Below, in pieces: positions 35,353 to 39,587 of a stretch of DNA of 39,587 bases. Source of the DNA: a bacterium (GTDB lineage Bacteria; Bacteroidota; Ignavibacteria; Kapaibacteriales; UBA961); NCBI GenBank assembly GCA_046093685.1, contig JBJTFZ010000167.1, forward strand, positions 1 to 39,587, read 5' to 3'. The translations under genes and the position numbers were made by a program. Numbering within the stretch: the first letter of the stretch is position 1; each line of letters opens with the position of its first letter. The notes below the pieces were generated by a model that worked only from the letters and a program-made list of their open reading frames with translations, was not told the DNA's origin and searched no databases.

Positions 35353-37125
35353 TCAAGAAAATGAACGAGTACCGGGAATTGATTCGATGAGTCTTCGGGT
35401 ATAATCATTCTTTGGTGATTCATAAATTTCTTGAGCCGTACCCAATTCAATGATCTTTCCGGCATTCATCACGGCAATGCGATCGCTGATGAATTTCACC
35501 ACACTCAGATCATGAGAAATGAAAATGTAAGTCAATTTGAATTCTTCTCTCAATTTCACCAATAGATTCAATACTTGTGCTTGAACGGAAACATCCAAAG
35601 CGGAAACCGATTCATCGCAAATCAAAAATGAAGGTTTTAGCGCAAGTGCCCGCGCTATGCAAATGCGTTGCCTTTGTCCACCGGAAAATTCATGCGGATA
35701 ATTTCCATAATGATGAGGTTCAAGATTCACTTTATCCAGCAGATAATGTATGTACTCCCTTCGCTGAGCATCATTGTCCATCACATTATGTACTTTGAGT
35801 ACTTCCATGATGGCGCTTCCTACACTCAATCGAGGATTGAGAGAACTGTAAGGATCTTGAAAGATGATTTGGAAATCTTTTCGAAGAGTTTTCAGTGCGC
35901 TCTTAGACAAAGCCCTTATGTCTTTGCCGTCAAACTGAATGCTTCCTCCCGTAGGTTCTACCAGTCGGAGAATCGCTCTACCAGTGGTTGTTTTCCCGCA
36001 ACCTGATTCACCCACAAGACCAAGTGTTTCGCCGGGGTAAACATCGAATGAAATATCATCAACAGCTTTGACGAATCCTTTTGTTTGACCAAACACTCCG
36101 CCGGAGCGGATGGGGAAATGAACTTGTAGATTGTTAACGGAAAGAATTGGATGCTGAGCCGATAATTCCGCATTCCGTTGAATAATGGCTTCACGGGAAA
36201 TGACATTGCTTTCGATCACATTGTCGATTGATTCCCCGGCCAAAGCCTTTGGCGTTATGACTCCATCGGATGTTTCATCCATGAAATCTCGAACCGTTGG
36301 GAGAATATGAAGTTTTTTGTCCATGCGGGGTCTGCATGCGAGCAAACCTTTTGTATAAGGATGCTGAGGATTCTCAAAAATATCCTTTACACTTCCTTGT
36401 TCCACGATTTTCCCTTTATACATCACAATGATGTCATCGGCAATGTCTTTGATCACCCCCAAATCATGCGTGATGAACATCATTCCCATATTGTGCTTCT
36501 TTTGAAGTTCATGCATCAAATCAAGTATTGTTGACTGAACGGTGACATCCAATGCGGTTGTGGGCTCATCTGCAATAAGCAATGCGGGATTGCATGACAT
36601 TGCCATGGCAATCATGACGCGTTGTTTTTGTCCACCCGACAATTGATGCGGATATTGATCAAGCATTGCTTCAGGTCTTGGCAATTGCACTTCTTTCATC
36701 AATTGCAATGCTCGTTCACGGGCAACTTCTTTCTTCACTTGTTCATGGAGCATGATTGATTCCATGATTTGATCTCCGCATTTGAACACGGGATTCAGCG
36801 AAGTCATCGGCTCTTGGAAAATCATGGAGATGCGATTACCGCGATAAGTTCTCATTCGCTCTTCAGGCAGCGTCAACAATTCGGTGGTGGTTCCATCATC
36901 TTCATGAAACAAGATTGAACCGCTTGCAATATTACCCGGAGGATTGGGTATCAATCGCATCACCGAAAGTGAAGTGACACTTTTTCCTGATCCTGATTCG
37001 CCCACTATCCCGAGAGTTTTTCCTCTTTGTACAGAAAAACTTATGGATCGAACTGCTTGATGCACCCGATCTTCGCTGCGAAACTCGGTGATCAAATCTT
37101 TGACTTCCAAAAGAGTAGAATTCAT
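35353..37125 (-). CDS. Twin-NBD ABC ATPase of the Dpp/Opp (DppD-DppF fused, YejF/GsiA-like) type
   Basis: Two complete NBDs: GESGSGKSV / LSGGQKQR / LIADEPTT and GESGCGKTT / FSGGQRQR / LICDESVS. Each is followed by the oligopeptide-type C-terminal box ([16 protein letters not shown]). No permease or binding protein is present in the window. Confidence 0.88.
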   Translation of the reverse strand: MNSTLLEVKDLITEFRSEDRVHQAVRSISFSVQRGKTLGIVGESGSGKSVTSLSVMRLIPNPPGNIASGSILFHEDDGTTTELLTLPEERMRTYRGNRISMIFQEPMTSLNPVFKCGDQIMESIMLHEQVKKEVARERALQLMKEVQLPRPEAMLDQYPHQLSGGQKQRVMIAMAMSCNPALLIADEPTTALDVTVQSTILDLMHELQKKHNMGMMFITHDLGVIKDIADDIIVMYKGKIVEQGSVKDIFENPQHPYTKGLLACRPRMDKKLHILPTVRDFMDETSDGVITPKALAGESIDNVIESNVISREAIIQRNAELSAQHPILSVNNLQVHFPIRSGGVFGQTKGFVKAVDDISFDVYPGETLGLVGESGCGKTTTGRAILRLVEPTGGSIQFDGKDIRALSKSALKTLRKDFQIIFQDPYSSLNPRLSVGSAIMEVLKVHNVMDNDAQRREYIHYLLDKVNLEPHHYGNYPHEFSGGQRQRICIARALALKPSFLICDESVSALDVSVQAQVLNLLVKLREEFKLTYIFISHDLSVVKFISDRIAVMNAGKIIELGTAQEIYESPKNDYTRRLIESIPGTRSFS

Positions 37126-37274
37126 ATGCTTGATGTGAGGATAAAAGTATACCGTAAAATACGACTTTTTTCGGGGGTGCGTAATCTTTGGTCGATTGAA
37201 AGAATGAATGGGGAAAAATGAAGAGGGAATTCTCTATTTTGCCTTAAACATGTTCATATCTAGGAATCCATACA

Positions 37275-37652
37275 ATGAAAGAACCCATACTCACCGATAA
37301 AGCTCCTGCGCCGATTGGCCCTTATTCCCAAGGTATAAAAGTGGGAAACATGTATTATTTCTCAGGTGTGATTCCGCTAACGCCTGACGGAGCAACAATT
37401 GTAGGTACAGAGATTGTTGACCAAACACGACAAGTCATTGAAAATTGCAATGCTTTGCTAACTTCATGCGGGCTTAGTGCATTGAATGTTGTAAAAACAA
37501 CTGTCTTTCTGAAGAATATGAATGATTTTTCTGCAATGAATGCCGTATATGCCGCTTTTTTCAGTGAATCAAAACCCGCAAGAAGCACGGTTGAGGTGAG
37601 CAGATTGCCGAAAGATGTGTTAATTGAAATCGAGATGATCGCTTCCGCCTGA
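37275..37652 (+). CDS. ridA: RidA/YjgF family reactive-intermediate deaminase
   Basis: 125 aa containing [10 protein letters not shown]......[25 protein letters not shown]....PARS.VEV..LPKDV.IEIE. Confidence 0.88.
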   Translation: MKEPILTDKAPAPIGPYSQGIKVGNMYYFSGVIPLTPDGATIVGTEIVDQTRQVIENCNALLTSCGLSALNVVKTTVFLKNMNDFSAMNAVYAAFFSESKPARSTVEVSRLPKDVLIEIEMIASA

Positions 37653-39047
37653 AATTCTTTTTCCATTTGCGTCATAGGGATGTCCCTGTTTTGGAAGGAT
37701 GATCTTGACCTCGCCGTTAAACATGTCTATCGCTTCCGCGGCAATCATTTCGCATGAAGCGCTCTCTCCGTGAATGAGCACGAGCGTTTTCGGGGATATG
37801 TCGCGAATCAAAGACAAAATGTCATTCTTTCTCGCATGCGCACTCATCCGAACTTTTTTTACAGAACACTTGCGTTCAATACGATGACCGGCAAAGAGAA
37901 AGGGTTCACCAAGCACTGAATTGCTGAGAGCAAAACCAGGTGAATCCGGCTCCTGCCATCCATTGAACAATATTCCGAATGATGGTTTTTGCATCCATTG
38001 CATTGCCAGCTTATGACTTGTTGTATTGGCATGCATCATTCCACTTGAGGCAATCACAATGGAAGGGGTTGAGAAAAATGGGGCTTTTCCCAATTCATCA
38101 TATGGCATCGGATGTACGGGGATATCGGAAATTTCAAATCCGGGCTGTATACGAGGAGAGGTATAGCAATATCGATCGAATACCGAGGAGATGGTTTTGC
38201 TCATCCCGCCGGAGTATATTGGTACATGAGGTATCATTCCTTTTCTTTGCATTTCATTTATCATGATCAAGGTCTCTTGTGTTTTTCCAAGCGCAAATGA
38301 TGGAATCAACACACTGCCATTTGCATTCGTGATTTCATTGATGAATGTTGCGCTCTCCTTCATGATGCTTTCTTTTGTGTGATGCGAGTCATCGGATCCA
38401 TTTGTGCATTCGCAAAACATCACATCCACATGATGTCGGGGGAAAGAGGCTTTTGGTATCAGCCATTGATCATGCAAACATGTGTCGCCCGTGTGAAAGA
38501 CCGACATTCCATTCCATTCCAATAATACACCTGCTGAGCCAGGGATATGCCCTGCATCATACAATGTGCATTCAATAGGAATAGTAGAGCGTTTTCCGAA
38601 AATTTCGAATGTTTCCTTATATCCATGGGTTTCGAAAACAGTGGAAATATAGTCGATGATTGACTTGTCATATAGGGAAATAGCATCCTGCATTTCTTTG
38701 GAAACATCAATCTGTTCTCTAATGAGTGAAACGGTATTTTTCAGCATCACCGAAGCAATGTCTCTGGTGAGTGGCGTGGTATGCATGGATACATATGGAT
38801 GTTGCTTCAAGAAAAATGGCATTCCTCCGATATGATCAGTATGGGCATGCGTGATGAGCAAAGCATCTATGTCTTTATAGGCGAGAGATTCAATGGAAGG
38901 AAATGCTCGCAAGTCTCTTTCCTTTGGATGCAAGCCGGCATCAATGATGATACCCGTTCCCCCGAATGAGAGAAATGTGCAATTTGCGCCGATTTCCTCA
39001 GCGCCTCCGAGCACATTGAAGTGAAATGACCTACTCACTCCATCCAT
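37620..39047 (-). CDS. MBL-fold beta-CASP family hydrolase (RNA-metabolising type)
   Basis: Starts [11 protein letters not shown] and contains [16 protein letters not shown] and DAGHIPGS, with later beta-CASP-like D/H/H positions (ECTNG, ..SAHA, LIHGE). It overlaps the convergent ridA by 33 nt and the upstream asnB by 13 nt. Confidence 0.8.
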   Translation of the reverse strand: MDGVSRSFHFNVLGGAEEIGANCTFLSFGGTGIIIDAGLHPKERDLRAFPSIESLAYKDIDALLITHAHTDHIGGMPFFLKQHPYVSMHTTPLTRDIASVMLKNTVSLIREQIDVSKEMQDAISLYDKSIIDYISTVFETHGYKETFEIFGKRSTIPIECTLYDAGHIPGSAGVLLEWNGMSVFHTGDTCLHDQWLIPKASFPRHHVDVMFCECTNGSDDSHHTKESIMKESATFINEITNANGSVLIPSFALGKTQETLIMINEMQRKGMIPHVPIYSGGMSKTISSVFDRYCYTSPRIQPGFEISDIPVHPMPYDELGKAPFFSTPSIVIASSGMMHANTTSHKLAMQWMQKPSFGILFNGWQEPDSPGFALSNSVLGEPFLFAGHRIERKCSVKKVRMSAHARKNDILSLIRDISPKTLVLIHGESASCEMIAAEAIDMFNGEVKIILPKQGHPYDANGKRISGGSDHLDFN

Positions 39048-39587
39048 ACCTTATGCCAAAGGGCAGCATTCAATGCGGTATACAAAGCCTTTCCATGTTT
39101 CCCGCGATGCTGCTTATGATCATTCAGCATCACCCTGAAATAGGCATCATTGAATATTCCGGATGTGGTGAGAGGTGATTGCAAAATATTTTTCATGGTG
39201 TAATTATACCATGGACCCCGAATCCATTCGGCAACAGGCGCTGCAAATCCTTGTTTCTTTCGATAGATGATTTCATGTGGAAGCAATGCATCAACACCTT
39301 TTTTCAATAGGTATTTTGATTCTTCATATGATTTTCGCTTGAGTTCAGGACGAATGCGCATGGTATATTCAACAAGGCGATGATCGAGAAAAGGCACTCT
39401 TGCCTCAAGTGAATGAGCCATCGTTATTTTATCGACACGCATGAGCAATAATTCAGGTAATCGATGAGCCAATTCATAATTGGCGATTCTTTGTGCATAA
39501 TCTTCCGGATGTGCTTGAATCTCGGAGATTTCTTTGTCCAAACGAAGCGGCATTTCACTCACTTCTTCGGCGAGATGTTTGAATGTG
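39035..39587 (-). CDS. asnB: Asparagine synthase (glutamine-hydrolysing), C-terminal part; 5' end outside the window
   Basis: The reading frame is open to the window edge (..TFKHLAEEVSEMPLRL..). It contains the LLMRVDKITMAHSLEARVPFLDHRLVEY block characteristic of the AsnB synthetase domain. Confidence 0.8.
   Translation of the reverse strand, partial: TFKHLAEEVSEMPLRLDKEISEIQAHPEDYAQRIANYELAHRLPELLLMRVDKITMAHSLEARVPFLDHRLVEYTMRIRPELKRKSYEESKYLLKKGVDALLPHEIIYRKKQGFAAPVAEWIRGPWYNYTMKNILQSPLTTSGIFNDAYFRVMLNDHKQHRGKHGKALYTALNAALWHKVWME

Noticed and set aside
1-39587. Mobile elements, prophage, defence islands, tRNA/rRNA genes, riboswitches or T-boxes upstream of trpS, metG and metF.
   Set aside because: I recognised no transposase, integrase, recombinase, nuclease or helicase defence signatures, and no inverted terminal repeats or cloverleaf-like sequences. 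The leaders of the aaRS and metF genes are too short (about 45-85 nt) for T-box or SAM riboswitches. A covariance-model scan (Infernal/tRNAscan) would be needed to be certain.

Overview
This is a densely packed 39.6 kb bacterial chromosomal segment, AT-leaning by eye, with about 35 CDS on both strands. Many gene junctions are ATGA or TGATG start/stop overlaps, and several convergent gene pairs overlap at their 3' ends. I found no rRNA, tRNA, CRISPR array, transposase or integrase. Gene content suggests a Gram-negative of the FCB group (Bacteroidota, Ignavibacteriota or Chlorobi-like), but this is inference only: a 601-aa ribosomal protein S1, a fused Hcy-methyltransferase-like/MTHFR protein, a CYSFTG-type LptE lipoprotein, PdxB and OmpA-family proteins.

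Most of the window is housekeeping or core metabolism:
- rpsA, trpS, metG, pruA, pdxB, a truC-like gene and a metF fusion.
- UDP-xylose synthase, a processive GT2 synthase, an S41 protease and several ABC ATPases.

The stand-out region is 13.3-19.6 kb. It holds three co-directional tandem paralogs, each with a signal peptide and the same ~250-aa barrel-like N-terminal module carrying an NDA[ST].V.WNPALLG box. Their C-terminal parts are completely different:
- P1 has a (C-X4)9-C cysteine ladder, a His/CxxC-rich tract and a polyacidic tail.
- P2 has a 10-Cys/His cluster, a 16 x 12-bp (V-[AT]-P-P) tandem repeat and an OmpA_C-like domain.
- P3 has a vWA domain with a DxSxS MIDAS motif, three carboxypeptidase-regulatory-like repeats and an OmpA_C domain.

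I cannot assign this trio to a described system. I read it as a modular tether or scaffold between the outer membrane and peptidoglycan.

Secondary observations:
- The Hcy-methyltransferase-like domain fused to MTHFR has lost all three zinc ligands.
- Two ABC ATPase genes have no permease in the window and are tightly linked to non-transport genes.
- An FAD oxidoreductase, an AEC transporter and an S41 protease are linked by ATGA overlaps just upstream of the trio.
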